This document shows, piece after piece, positions 1 to 12,743 of a DNA stretch of 64,000 nt. Under the pieces are notes generated by a model. That model saw only the letters and a program-made list of their open reading frames with translations, was not told where the DNA came from and ran no database searches. A program made the position numbers and the translations under genes. Origin of the DNA: Callorhinchus milii. Its lineage: Eukaryota. Where the stretch lies: the NCBI RefSeq assembly GCF_018977255.1, contig NW_024704742.1:496001-560000 (forward strand), read 5' to 3'. The stretch's first letter is position 1. Every line of letters begins with the position of its first letter.

Positions 1-469
1 TACCCTCGTGCAAATCAGCATCAGCGAGGCTGGCCCAGAATAGCCTCTACGGTATGTTGATGCACCAGATCAGTTGAAAGCCAATTACTCATCTCTAGAT
101 GTGTCACCCACCATTCATTAAGTGACGTTAATGCTGTGTTTTACATTATGAGTTTCCCTCTGCAGACGACTGATAATGTCAAATGGTAATTTTTTCGAGC
201 ATCGAATCTCCCAAAACCCTATTTAGAACTGCATCACTCTCTTCTGGAAGGATGAAATGAAATGGGCTAAAAGGGTCCTTTATATAAAAAAAATCAACAA
301 TTTTGTCTCTGGATAAAGGCGAGACAATAAAAATTTACCCCAATGGACCTTTCATTAGTTCTACGCAAGCACAGATGTCGCCAAATAAGCATTAGGATCC
401 TGTCAAGACTTGCCCATGCACAAACTTCACACTTTCTTTTTGTAGTGTCTTTTCCCTGTATAATCATAA

Positions 470-786
470 CAATAATAATAATCTTTGCATTTGATATAGT
501 GCTTTTCACGTCCTCGAGACGTCTCAAAGCGCTTCACACAATAGACTGTAAAGTGAAATGACTGTATATTTGTGGGCAAAACGCAATGGCCAATTGTGCA
601 CAGCAGCGTCCCACAAACAATCGTGGATTGAAGTGACAAAATTACTATTGTTTTTTTTCTTGAGGGATTATTATCAGGCGGGTGGAGTAAGGAAATGTGC
701 CCAAGGTTTCGCCCTGCTGGGAATCGAACCCAGGTCCTCTCGCTTGCGAGGCGAGTGCTCTAACCACTGAGCTACAAAACTCCACC
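470..786 (-). mobile_element. tRNA-headed SINE with L2-type tail (main family)
   Basis: A/B-box head GTAGCTCAGTGGTTAGAGC...GGTTCGATTCC, shared body, tail ...ATCAAATGCAAGGA(TTA)n. Confidence 0.85.
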
Positions 787-789
787 TGC

Positions 790-1125
790 TGGCAGACTCT
801 TGCCTGCTCCACATCTCTTGCCCCATCCGCCCCACCATCGCCGGTAGCGCCTTCAGCTTTTCTGCCCCCGCCTATTGGAATTCCATCCCACAGTCCCTTT
901 GCCTCGCCTCCCCCCTCCCCCCCTCCCTTATCTCCTTCAAGGCCCATCTCAAGACCTTCCTCTTTGACCGAGCCTTCGGTCACCCTCCTACCCCCATCCC
1001 CCCTCCCTCCACCCCTCCTGATCCCAACCTCCCCAGCTAGGGTGCACATCCGTGACTGCCCAGGGCTTTGGGACGTCCTCCTGACATGAAAGGCGCTGTA
1101 CAAATGTAATCTCTTGTTGTTGTTG
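790..1125 (+). mobile_element. L2-type LINE 3' fragment
   Basis: Decayed ORF2 end (AFS..AP..WNS.P..FK..LKT.LF), C-rich UTR, ACGTC-loop-GAC stem and (TTG)n tail. Confidence 0.75.
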
Positions 1126-3662
1126 GTGGTGAAATCTCGAAAAAGTCCTGGGCAAAATCGTCTGATATTCATCTGCACCTCCTGTCACTAGAGGAGATTG
1201 CAGGCATACATTTCTCATGGTGGTTTATATATGCCTGAAAGTCTGATGTCACTGTGATACTTAGGCAATACTAATATTAATCTTGCCTGTTGATCCCATG
1301 ACACCATTCAGAAAGAGAAAGGAATGTCTTCTGACAATCCTCCGGATTAAATTGTGTTTGCTCGCAAAAACGGTAATTATTTATGAGGTGCTTTACCAAT
1401 GCAATTATTATCACCATTATTATATTATTTATTATTGGACAGCAAGTACAATGTGGAACTTTTCAGCTAGTTCTTTTTTTCACCCAGTTTTAATTGCCTC
1501 CGACCTGCTTATACCCCACTCTGGCTTCCTGCACGTCCCTCATCCCATCCGTTCCACTATCGGCTGCCTTGAGCCTCTGGAACTCTGCCTCAATCCTTCC
1601 TTCCTCTTCGACCAGTAACTTCCCCCCCTCCCTGATTCGTTGTCAAACTCCACCATTGTTAATGGCTCCAAGACGCAACCCCTTTTGACGGGCACTAAAC
1701 AAATGCAAGTTGTTGTTGAAACGTAACGGTTTATTAGGTTAACCAGGATATTAGGTTGTTGGGTTAACCAGGATTCCAGGTTAACTCAACTGGTGTTCCC
1801 CATAGCTCATCCCTCCAGCATCCAAAGCAGTAACGCTGATATATTCCAGGATAGGCAGAGTCATCCCTAAAAAATACCCGCAAGCAGGAAGTCGAGCAGC
1901 CAGTGTCAGTCTCGTCAATCTCACTATCCAGCCAGTTAGAGGGTTATGTGAGTGAATGAGATTGACAAGCTCCTGGCACCCGGCAACCACACAACAGGGG
2001 GAACCGCCTTTGGGCGGAAACAGAGTCATTCAACCCGACCAGTGACTCATGGACGACTGGACTCTGGGCCGTGCTCCATGACATCCACAAGCCACGTGCA
2101 TGTGTCCTTGAGAACCATGTCGTGAGGACATACCGGCTTGTCAATCCCCCGCACAGTAACTCTGAACAGAACCCCGTACACACAGGTCAGGGGTCCATCC
2201 ATCTTTAGTCCGATTCCCATCACAATAATCATCTTTAAAGGCGCAGTTTAGGCCAACGTGATTATTAAAAAAATATATGTATACAAACACAGACAACTAA
2301 ATCAGATAGACGTTGCAGAAATATCATGAAGTATTTATCAAGGTCTCCTTCACGCACTAAGGCCATTAAACGTGAAAGATTATTGTAAAGATTGGCGGTT
2401 AATTAAAAGTAAATAATTCCATTGACCCTCCACTGATGTCTGTGTCACTTATAAAACATAGCCAAGTGTATGTATAGAAAGATACACATGCCCCTCCCTA
2501 AATAACTGCAAACATATCAAGTATGAAAGTGATGGTAGTTATGAGACTCTCATCAGCGGCAGCTGCAAATAATAAACATATGAACAAACAGTGACTCTGC
2601 AGTGATGCCTTAAAGGAGTTTATCATCTTCATCTGGAGCAGCTCAGTGCTAATCTTTCAGGTCCCGTACCTTTCCCACACAGTCAAACAGCTATGGCCAA
2701 GTGTCTCAGCATTCTGAAGTCTGTGAACTGTTAAGGAGCGAGTAGATACAGCCGCCATGAGCAGGTTGCTCAGTTGAGGTATTGTCGATCAGCGTCAGGT
2801 TGTAATTGTCACTTTAAGAAGGTTGAGAAGGGTTTGTTTCTGTCGATCTCCAGAGCAACCTGTATTGTAGCTTCCTACATACTGCCCGGAGCCCTTCCTC
2901 CGCTTGCAGCCTGTTCATCCCCTGCATCTTTAACGGAAGGCTGGCCATTTGGATTGCCATTGCTGTAAGCGTCCATCAGCCCCCGGCTCTTGGGGGAAGG
3001 GCTGTTGTTTAGAGCAGCAGTTAGGGTGCAGTGGGGGGGGGACGGGAAACAGCTCCAATCACAGCCCAGTGTAGCTGCAGGAATCAACGGGATGTTCATC
3101 GAGGAAACGATTGGGAGCGTTCAAAGGGGGTGTCACCGATCCAGAGCAGGGCACAGTGGCCTATACAACAACAACAACTTGCATTTATATAGCGCCCTTC
3201 ACACACAGTAGCGTCCCAGTATAAGCGCTTAATTACGCAGTGTGCAGCACATACATACTGCCACGTGAACACTTGCACTACAATATAGCCGTTAGCACCT
3301 ACAAGTGACTCCAAATGTTTTGAAAGTCTCTATCTGTGCACGAGTGACAATTATTCTTTTTATTGCTTCCAGATTTCATTGGCTTGTTGTTCAGACATTT
3401 TGACCAGGTGCTTTCTGCTGAAAGAGAATATTTGCTCTGGTCTTTCCCGTAAGGAGTGGTGGAGATGCTTTGTCAAAGCTCGAGCTGATCTTGTATTGCA
3501 AACTTATTCAGAGAAACACTCGTATCAGTAGTTACTTAGTTCTGAGTTACTACTCCCTATGTTTCAAAGGTTTCTCAAGACTGATTTATTGGGAGTACAG
3601 AATATCCTTTGTGCTAAATTGAGAGATAAGAAGCTGCAGATATACTCCAAGAGACAAAGATT

Positions 3663-4030
3663 GTGGAGTCTTGTAGCTCAGTGGTTAGAGCAGTCGACTC
3701 ACAAGCGAGAGACCTGGGTTCTATTCCCGGCCCAAGGGCCAAACCTTGGGCAAGTTTCCTTACTCCGCACGCCCCTGTTTACCAGCAGCAAGTAGGAACC
3801 CGGTTGTTAGTCGTTAAGAGGATTGCTTTTCCTGCGGTAATAATCCCTTCAAAAACAATGTGGTCACTTCAATCCACGCCCGTTTGTGGGACACTGCTGT
3901 GCGCAATTGGCTGCTGCGTTTCGCCCCCAAAATACACAGTCAATTCACTGTACACTGTGTCCTGTGAAGCGCTTTGAGACGTCTCGAAGACACGATAAGG
4001 CACTATATCAAATGCAAGGATTATTGTTGC
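3663..4030 (+). mobile_element. tRNA-headed SINE (main family), full length
   Basis: Head, body and tail match the other copies. Confidence 0.85.
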
Positions 4031-4190
4031 TGTTGCGTGCTTAAGAACCAGGCATTGTGTTCATTGTCGCACTTTTGGGGTTTTGTGCAATAGATTCGAT
4101 AACAAGAAAGTGGAATGAGAGAGAACTGTAACAAGATACAATCTGTAGCCACTGTAACTCTTTATCTGCTTGAAACAGCACCGCCTAGAG

Positions 4191-6221
4191 CTGGGGTGGG
4201 CAATTATTTGGGCTGGCGGGCCACTTCATGGGTTTCGGTAAGCTTCGCGAGCCACACACTTAATATATAGATGCAAATGCTTAATACTAGGTCAAAATCA
4301 AGTCTTATACTTGTACATGCATAAAATAAAATCTCTATAATTGACATTCATTGAAATTAGGTTAAATAAAAACAACCTCATTGAGCAGACGTTTATTCGA
4401 CATTTAATTCATTTAGTCACATATTGATGAGAACGTGAGACGCTCACTCAATGGGAAGAATGAAAGCGCTGATGCGCATTAACCAGACAGTTGAAGTCAG
4501 GCATCATCTCCGTTGATGCAATGCGGAGTACTACTGCAAGGTGGTCATTGGTCATCACAGATCTATGTTTTGATTTATTGAATTTCATCACAGAAAATGT
4601 CTCCTCTCATATGTATGTTGATCCCAATGGCACAAGCAGCCTCTGGGCATGAGCCTTTATTTTTGGAAAGGTATTCATTTAGAGAGGTGTAAAAACTGGG
4701 AAGCAGCACTGAATTGAATTGCTCCGCAAGCAATGGATCACATTGCAGGTCAATAAGCTCGAGTTGGAGGTCAAATGGGGCTTTGCCAACATCAGATGAG
4801 AAAGGTGAAGAGACCAAAAGGCAGGTCATTTTCGATCAAATTGAAATCCTGGAATCGGTGAGAAAATTTGGCGTGTAAGTCAAGTAGTGACAAAATTTAC
4901 TTTTTTTAGGTTAAATTTAGGCTTTGATTGCAAACAGTAATCTGCTGCGAAGTTGGAAAGTGGGCGAACAGCCTGTTTCCTATCTGATGCCATGAAAGAA
5001 ATCATTTCATCATAAGGGACTTGACACCGTAATACAAATGGTGCACAAAGATCCCCTTCCTTTGCAGTTTTGAATTCAGTTCATTCATGTGGCCCATGAT
5101 ATCAACGAAATCGGAGCCCAATTCGCATCATTCAGCTGTGGGAAATCCCAATCTTTTTGTTTCATGTCCAAAAATAAATCAATCTCTGCTCTCAGTTCCC
5201 ACACTCTTTTCAAGACCTTTCCTAAACTAATCTTACAGCCGTGTGATACAGAACAGCAGTGCGCTCGGATTCCAATTCCTCAAGCGGAGTTACACATTGC
5301 CTGTGGTTTAATCCTCTTGCTCGAATGTAGTTGACCACTTTTGTAGCTGTGTCCACGACATTGCTTAGTTTTAGAACACTTTTACAGAGGACCTCTTGGT
5401 GGGTAATGCAGTGTAGAAAAACAATATTCTGTTCTGGATTTGTTTCTTTGACTTGATCTTGAATTCTTTTCAGCAACCCAACATTTTTGCCTGTTAGATT
5501 TGGGCTTCCATCGGTGGTCAAGTTCACCAATTTTTTCCATTCCACTCCTAATTTTAAGATACACTTATTTACTGCCTCCAAAAAGTTCTTCTCCAGTTGT
5601 CGTATCTTTCATTGACTGCATTGACGCCAATTCTTCTGTGAGCTCAAAATGTCTGGTGATACCTCGAATAAAAATGATCAACTGGGCTGCGTCTTTGACA
5701 TCACAACTCTCACCGAGTGCCAGTGAAAAACCTGCACCATTGCTTACTTTATTTTGTAACTGCACACTTTTTATTTTCTTTCTTTATTTTATTTTTAAAT
5801 TTATTTTTATTTTATTTATTTTATTTGTTTTGTTTTTCCACCCACGCTGGTTAAAAAAAGAAATATTTAGAAGTCCATTCTGTGCGGAATATTCGGCCTT
5901 CAGCGTCCACTTTCCGCTTCTTTGATAAACTCATTTCGAATTAACGTCCTCTTCAGTGAAAAGTATTGCCGCGCTTGCTTGAAAATTTGCCGATCCGTAC
6001 ATTCCTGATGTCAGCCCTGATTCAACAATTAAGGGGGCTGCGCACAACTAACCCGTGTGATTGGGCCGATGTTCCCGGTCTGATTCAATTGCGAAATTTG
6101 CGGGACTTTCTGGGACTGAGCGAACTATAATTTTTTCTATTGCTGGACACAATGACCGGCCGGATAGAAGCATTTGGTGGGCCGGATATGGCCTGTCTGG
6201 GCTGTGTTTTGCCCACCCCTG
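4191..6221 (-). mobile_element. hAT DNA transposon (Charlie/Buster, SPIN/GTF2IRD2-like), internally deleted and defective
   Basis: TIRs CTGGGGTGGGCAA ... TTGCCCACCCCTG; degenerate 8-bp TSD gcctagag/gtctggac (NTCTAGAN type); transposase remnants inside. Confidence 0.9.
4448..5934 (-). pseudogene. Frameshifted hAT transposase pseudogene
   Basis: N-terminus MSLSKKRKVDAEGRIFRTEWTSKYFF; FSLALGESCDVKDAAQLIIFIRG; TTDGSPNLTG; HCITHQE; C-terminal dimerisation region ending ...HQRFHSSH*. Several frameshifts, and an A-rich gap at about 5767-5836. Confidence 0.88.
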
Positions 6222-6629
6222 GTCTGGACGGTCACAGCTTGGTAGCATCTAATAAAGATTCTGAGAAGGAACAAAGTTGTTTTTTTTTTAGCCCCTTAAC
6301 GTCTCAAAGCACTAGACAGCTAAGTACTGTCAAGTGTAGTGACTGTTTTTGTAGGCAAATGCAACAGCCATTTCCATCAGTAAGGTGCCACATACACAAT
6401 GTAAGGGTTCAAGAGGAAGTGCAGAGGAAAGCAGTGAGGCTGATCTCCAGTGACGGAGGGAACAATTAAATAAACTGTAGGTCTTCAGCCTTGAAAAGAG
6501 ATTTCCCACAGGGGACCCAATAGAGTTATATTAGATACTAAATCAAATTGAGAAAATGAGCTCCGAACTTTCAGATACGTCCAGACAGGAGACCGTAGGT
6601 TCAAGGTTCTGGAACAAGAGAAATGTGTA

Positions 6630-6935
6630 TTTATGTAGCACCCCTCATACAGGGTAGCGTCCCAGAGCGCAAGAGATTGGTGAAAGGCAGACACCAGAAA
6701 GTATTATTTACACCCGGGGTAATGCGTAGCTTCCTTCTCTTTTTGAACAGTGCCAGGGCATATTTTAACGTCCCATTGGACAGGCAGATGGGACCTTGGA
6801 TTATCCTCTCACCCAAAACACGGCATCTCTAACAATGTACCCCACTCTCCTCAGCACAGCGTTGGAGTGTGTTCAAAGTCTTGACTTGAGACCTGACTTG
6901 GAGGCAAGAATGCTACCAGTTGAGCCAGGCTAACA
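6630..6935 (-). mobile_element. Deu-domain SINE, diverged
   Basis: Reverse complement of CAGCCTGGCTCA..TGGTAGC head and the GTTAAA.AT.CC.TGGCACT.TTC core. Confidence 0.6.
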
Positions 6936-7949
6936 CTTGGTTTGAATGTAAGGAATGCCTTGCAATGACATGCTTTGCTAGAATGATACCTGGATTGATA
7001 TGTTAGGTTGGGTATCTCTCTCTTATCTTGACCTGATTTCAAGACTGAATGAAGCAAGATCTTTCAGTAATATAAGCCAAGAGCTCTCATCTCAGCACGG
7101 AACAATAGTCTTGTCCCATATATATTTTTCCTCCGTCGCTGCATATCTCCCTTGAGCTGGCCTGGAGAATTGGTAACAAGTAACGTCGATTGTGTTCCGA
7201 GTTATGATGAGGTTTGACACGTGCCTTTTTATTCCTATTTGAGAAGGAGAACTTTGCCTTTGTATGTTCCTCCATCTAGTGGCCTAGACAAGAACTGATA
7301 AAGGTGGCCCCCTGACTCATTCAGCGCTCAATCGAGTACATTGGGCAAGTTTTATTCATTGGGCAGCCTAGTTAATAACATTTTTTTACAACAAACTCTA
7401 GAATATCAGTCAATACTGTACCATTCCTTTACTCTGTCTTTCCACACACATAGTTGTAGTTTCTTGTTTCTTCATAGGCAAACACCCTCTGTGTTACATT
7501 TAGAGAAGGGAGTTTCTCCCGGTGTCCTGGCCAAGAATCTCCCAAATAAAATTGGTCGCTCATTCTATGGCTGTTTGTAGAATATTGCTGTGTGCGCAGT
7601 CACTCCACTTAACAGTATACCCTGTGAAGCACTTTCAGAAGTCTCTACGACGCGATAAGGCACTATATCAAGTGTAAGGATTATTATTATTATTTGAATA
7701 GCCCTGTAAATTCCAGGGACTTTCCTAATCTGTTATTTATCCAGTTCTTTACTTATGCCAAATTATTTTGTATCTGTTTCATTGAACTATTATTATTCAG
7801 TGGGGTGGAGAGAGCGGTGTGAGGTGTGAGGCTTGTTTGAGACTTATTCGCTTTGCAAGTCAGTCAGGAAGAGAAAGGGAAAAATAGGTTAAATGTTCAC
7901 CTGAACTTTATTGAGCTGCTGACCGACCTGTTGGGGACATACAGCCAAT

Positions 7950-8560
7950 ATGATCAGGCAAGTAATTATAGACCAGGTAGCTTAACATCCACAGAGGGCA
8001 AAACTTTAGATGCTGTAATACAGGGTAATATTAATAACCACTTAGAAAGTTGATCAATGACAATCAGGATGGAGTTGTTAAAGTCAAGTCTTGCATGACA
8101 AATCTAATAGTTTTGTGAGGTTTTTTTTTGATGAAATAACCAAGATATTAGACAAAGGTAATGCTGTGGATGTATTATGTATGGATTTCCAGAAGGCTTT
8201 TTCACAGGAGGCATGTTAAATTTAGGGAACATGGTATTAATGGAAAGGTAGCAGCACAGATAGAAAGTTGGTTAATGGATAGGAAACAGAGTTTGTTATT
8301 TGGCAATAGAGCGATGTAACTAGTGGTGTTTCCCAGGGGTCAGTGTTCGGACCAGTACTTTTCTCCATTTATGTAAATGATCTGGATTACGATGTTAGGG
8401 GCACAATTTCTAAATTTTCAGATGATACAAAAATAGTGTAACTATAGTAAAGATTGTGAGCAGTTTCAGGGGACATAGACACTAGAAAATTGATTGGGAA
8501 AAAATGGCAAATTTAATTTAATGTAAGGATTATTATTATTATTCCATTTTGGGAGGAATA
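7950..8560 (+). mobile_element. CR1 LINE reverse transcriptase fragment (decayed)
   Basis: NYRPGSLTS, KSC.TNL, DKGNAVDV..DFQKAF, SGV.QGSV.GP.LF.IYVNDLD and SKFSDDTK motifs, with frameshifts. Confidence 0.85.
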
Positions 8561-9519
8561 GTAACAAAAAAAAACCCCTTAAGTTTGGCTATAGTGCTTT
8601 CCATGTCAGGAGGATGCCTCAAATCACTTCATAGAATATTACTGTAAAGTGGAGTGACTATGTGTTTTGTAGGTGGAGGTTGGCAGCCAATTTTGCTCAC
8701 AGCAATGTCGCACACGCAGCCATGGAGCAAATGATTTGTTTTGGGGAGAATTGTTGGCCGGGGCATCAGGAAAAACGTCCTTTCCTTTTTGACTAGTGCC
8801 GTGGGAACTTTGCTGTCCATCTGAACAGGCAGACGGGACCTCGGGTTAATGTCTCATCATGATTCTGGGTTGTAAAGTGCTGTAAATTTCTGTGCTTCTA
8901 ATGATTACATTGGCATTGTTATTAATATGAAGTGTGCCACAAGACGTGATGAAACAACCTGTATGATCATGTAAACAAATACACTGTACTGGGTGATTAC
9001 TGGACTGTAGTGCCCAGCTGTTCCTGTATGCCTCTGGTCATTTAGCTCACAGAGGCACTGGCCGGGAGTGGGAGTGGGAGTGGGGGGATTGCATTTGATA
9101 AAATTCCTGGGTACGCTCACTCCCTGGACATTAGGAGAGGTCAGGATTAGGCTTGGCTGGATTTCAATGGTCTATAGCCATCAGTGTCACCTATAGAACC
9201 TTACTTACCCCAGTAAAGGTCAGTGCCTTAAGGACGTATCGGGAGGGTTTAAAGAAAATGCATCTTCGAAACTCATGTAATTTTCAGGTTCTCTCCACCA
9301 TAATGTGACCAAATCAGAAATCCAGCGCTGCGAGACATTTCTAAGTGCCATTCTTCAGTAAGCTCATAGGATGCATGTGAGAATGAACTAGGGAGACGGG
9401 AGCACCAGTATTGACTCTGGAAGATGTGTGTTTCAGTATTCACCCTGGCAGGTGTTGTACAGACATATGACCAGTGTTCATTCCAGCAGATGTGAGTTCC
9501 AATGTTTTTGATAGAGCTC

Positions 9520-9808
9520 CTTATCACGTCTTCGAGACGTCTCAAAACACTTCACAAAATATACTGTAAAGTGAATTGACTGTATATTTTGTGGGCGAAA
9601 CGCGACAGCCAATTTCGCACAGTGGCGTCCCCAGAAACAACCGTGGATTAAGTGACCCAATTTTTTTTTAAGGGATTATTACCCCTGGAAAAATATCAAC
9701 TAACAACCGGATTCCTACTTACTGTTGGGAAAGAGGGGCGTGTGGGAATCGAACCCAGGTCCTCTCGCTTGTGAGGCGACTGCTCGAAACATTAAGCTAC
9801 AGGACTCC
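9520..9808 (-). mobile_element. tRNA-headed SINE (main family)
   Basis: Reverse complement of family head, body and tail. Confidence 0.8.
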
Positions 9809-10579
9809 TTGGAGATTAGGTACAGCCAGAGCCCCAGATTTCAAATGTTTACCCTCCTATGGAGAAATCAGTTTCTGCTTGATTCAGATCAGGATCTTGT
9901 CGTGGGCGATGTTTGGGTTAGTCTCACATCTACTGCTAATCCAGGATTCAAGACTTATGTCCTTGTGTCATTTTTGAACAAAAAAAAACTTTATTTTTAA
10001 TAGGTTTGCTGCTTAATTTAGAAGCTAAGCAGCCAACCTATAGGCTGGCAAAAGGTGTCAAAAAACATAGGTAGTCTTGAAAGGTGTAAACGTAAACAAA
10101 ATGGGAAAAATAAGAGAAAAGGCAGGTCAGGTGAGTAACAGAGATTTGATCCATAAGTGTGTATCTGTTGCGAAAAAAGAGGGTGAGGGGCAGGTCTGAA
10201 GAATTATTCTGGGATAAATTCCAGTGATGATTTGCACCCCATGAAGTATTCAGCCTAAAGTGCCAGGTTAAAGCATTGCAGAGAATAGTGATGTGCGTTT
10301 TATTCTCGATTGTTTTCCCTTTGGGACAGGGTGGTCTAATTGGTGGCCCTCATTCCCCATTCAGTCCCTCGGTCAGAGAAGCCAGGAGATTGGCCTTTTC
10401 TGGGTGTCAAACGTAAATAGAGTAAATCTGGCCCCAGGAGGAATTTCTCCCCAAGTCTTCAGAATCAAACCGACTTTAACAATGACAGCTGGTACGTTAT
10501 ACCATGTCAACGTTTTTATTTGAAAGTTTTTCGTCCCAAAAAAAAAGATACCATAAGACAAAGGAGCTCATTTGAACCG

Positions 10580-10604
10580 TTTATTTAAATAACAAATATT
10601 AAAT
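10580..10604 (-). terminator. Candidate distal poly(A) signal with adjacent AUUUA motifs
   Basis: Minus strand reads ATTTAATATTTGTTATTTAAATAAA; it ends a 2.1 kb stretch below the stop codon with no recognisable interspersed repeats. Confidence 0.4.
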
Positions 10605-12734
10605 ATGGCAAATAACTGTAAAGCAATTTACACAGAAAGATCAGCTGTGTCTGAGATAGCTTATTCCAGAACGCAAGCCAAAGCTATGTGGTACATTTAC
10701 TGTGTGCAATAAGAGAATGCAAAGTGTGAACTGTATACAGTACATTCTGTGACAATCATTGTTCCTTCTTAATAAACACAATTAACCTGAGACAGTATCC
10801 AGCAAATGGGAATATCTAATCACATCTGTCAGTACAATGCCGTATTCATTGCCATCGTATTCTCTTCACAAACATAACCATTCCCAATGAATTGATGGCA
10901 AAACAAACCGTATGATTGTAGGCACAAGGTTACGTATGATATTGACTTCATGCCATGTCTTGAAATATTACAACATACTGTGGAACCTTTCAGCAACCAC
11001 AGCAAAAAAAAATATTCATTGCAATACCTACAAGGCCCGGTTGGCGGGGCTCAGACTGTAACATTTATGCTGAGATCCACTTGCATACTGAACACGTTGA
11101 GGCTGGGTGGTAAGAGAGTGAGTCGCCAACATGTGGCAGCAACAGCTGCTGAGATCTCTCCAAACAGAAACAGTGAAAGTCCCCCCAAAAAACCTCTGCT
11201 CAAGACAGAGCGGGTTCTCGATTCAGTCACCCGGTCAGAGTAGCCAGGGTGTCAAACGACACAGAAAGTGCGGGTTTAACGTAAAGTGTCCTGTGTCAGG
11301 GGACAGGTAGATACAACCAACCCACAAAAGGTGCCACAGGGCACTTGCTGCCAATCTCTCCCTCCCCACAAACAGAAAGGTCAGTTGTGTCTCACAGAAT
11401 TCAAGAGGAAATCGATGAATGAAAGTTTTGATGACTCAGATCAGTGCAGATAAGCAGTGGAATTTGTTCTAAAATTTAGAAAAGTGAAAATAAGCACATT
11501 TTCTCAGGACATCAAAGGTCAAACTTCCACTCCAGGGGTTCGCACCGACTGCAGTGTGCCCCGTGACTCTGTCCTGTCCTAATCTTGACCGTGAGTGACC
11601 TGAGCGCTTCGTGACAAGTGCCTGAATTGTGTCAATTGGCTTTTTACCTTGATCCAAGTTCATCGCATTCAAGGACACGAAAAGCCAATTGAACCCCATC
11701 AAAGCGCATCCCTCTGGAGATGGATGCTGCCTTTTTGACATGTTTGAAAAACTGGACCCTTAAATAATATTCAAAAGATCATTGCATTTCCCTCCCCCTC
11801 CCTCCTCCCAAACTGCCTGTAACAGTTACACTACAAGCTGACAGCACATGCTTTACAGAAAGTTTACAGAAAGTATAAATACAGTAAACCTCACAGACTT
11901 ATGCGAGTCTTACTGTACAATAGCTCCATATGCTCCACGCATTAACGTATCTTTAAGAAAGTTAGCTTCGGCTCGTCACAATTAAGATTTTTCTGTTTGC
12001 TCGAGCAGCAGTATTTGCGTATTGAAAAATAAATTAAATCATTCATAAGGCTAGTGTTAGGAATGTGGTTGACAACTATATGATCATGAGAACTTCAAAT
12101 ATCCAGAATAAAATGTGAGTGTCTGTTACACCCGAAGTCTAAGAATAAGATGCATTCTCATGCTGATCCTGTGCAGAAGGACTTTCTCATTAATCAAATT
12201 AAATCTGGTCAATTGACTAGGATAGCTTCAGTAGCACAGATTGAATGGGGTTAAGAAGCAAAACCCAGTAAGATGTCGCGTCACAGAATTGAAAGGTAAA
12301 ACGATAAGAGAAAGTTTTGATGACGCAAATCGGTGCGGTTAAGCGGGCAAATTTGTACTAAATTTGTTCACTTGAAATGAGAAAGCCCCATGTGTGCACA
12401 ACAAGACCGACACACCAGTACATTTGACATTCAAAAGTGTTTGACAGATCACACAGATATATGATATCTGCTCCAATACACAGTATTTACGTTTTGAACA
12501 AAAATCATACCTTGATTAGAATGCATAACTGAAGAGTAAAAGCATCGTCATGTAAAGCTATTTTCACAAATATTGCTGTGTTAAGAGTTCCTTAATAGAT
12601 AATAAATAATAATATATAATATTAACTGTTAAACTCGAGTGAGTTGAATTATAGGTTCTTCCATTTGGAATACGTCACAGTGGCTTGAGATGTCCATTCA
12701 ATGTCGGTTACATTTTTTAAATGCTTGGATGTGA

Positions 12735-12743
12735 CTACAAACC
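12735..12743 (-). CDS. IL2: Putative IL-2-like terminal exon 5, coding part (Gly-Leu-stop)
   Basis: Branch-like ctaat and pyrimidine tract cccatttctctctcag, then GGT TTG TAG in phase 0, followed by AU-rich sequence. Confidence 0.6.
   Translation of the reverse strand, partial: GL

Noticed and set aside
697..1089. Proline-rich 130-aa ORF (also 19566, 25315)
   Set aside because: Out-of-frame reading of C-rich L2 3' ends.
2600..3160. ORFs near 2774-3211 as possible ADAD1 exons
   Set aside because: No recognisable deaminase or dsRNA-binding motifs; more likely decayed repeat or non-coding sequence.
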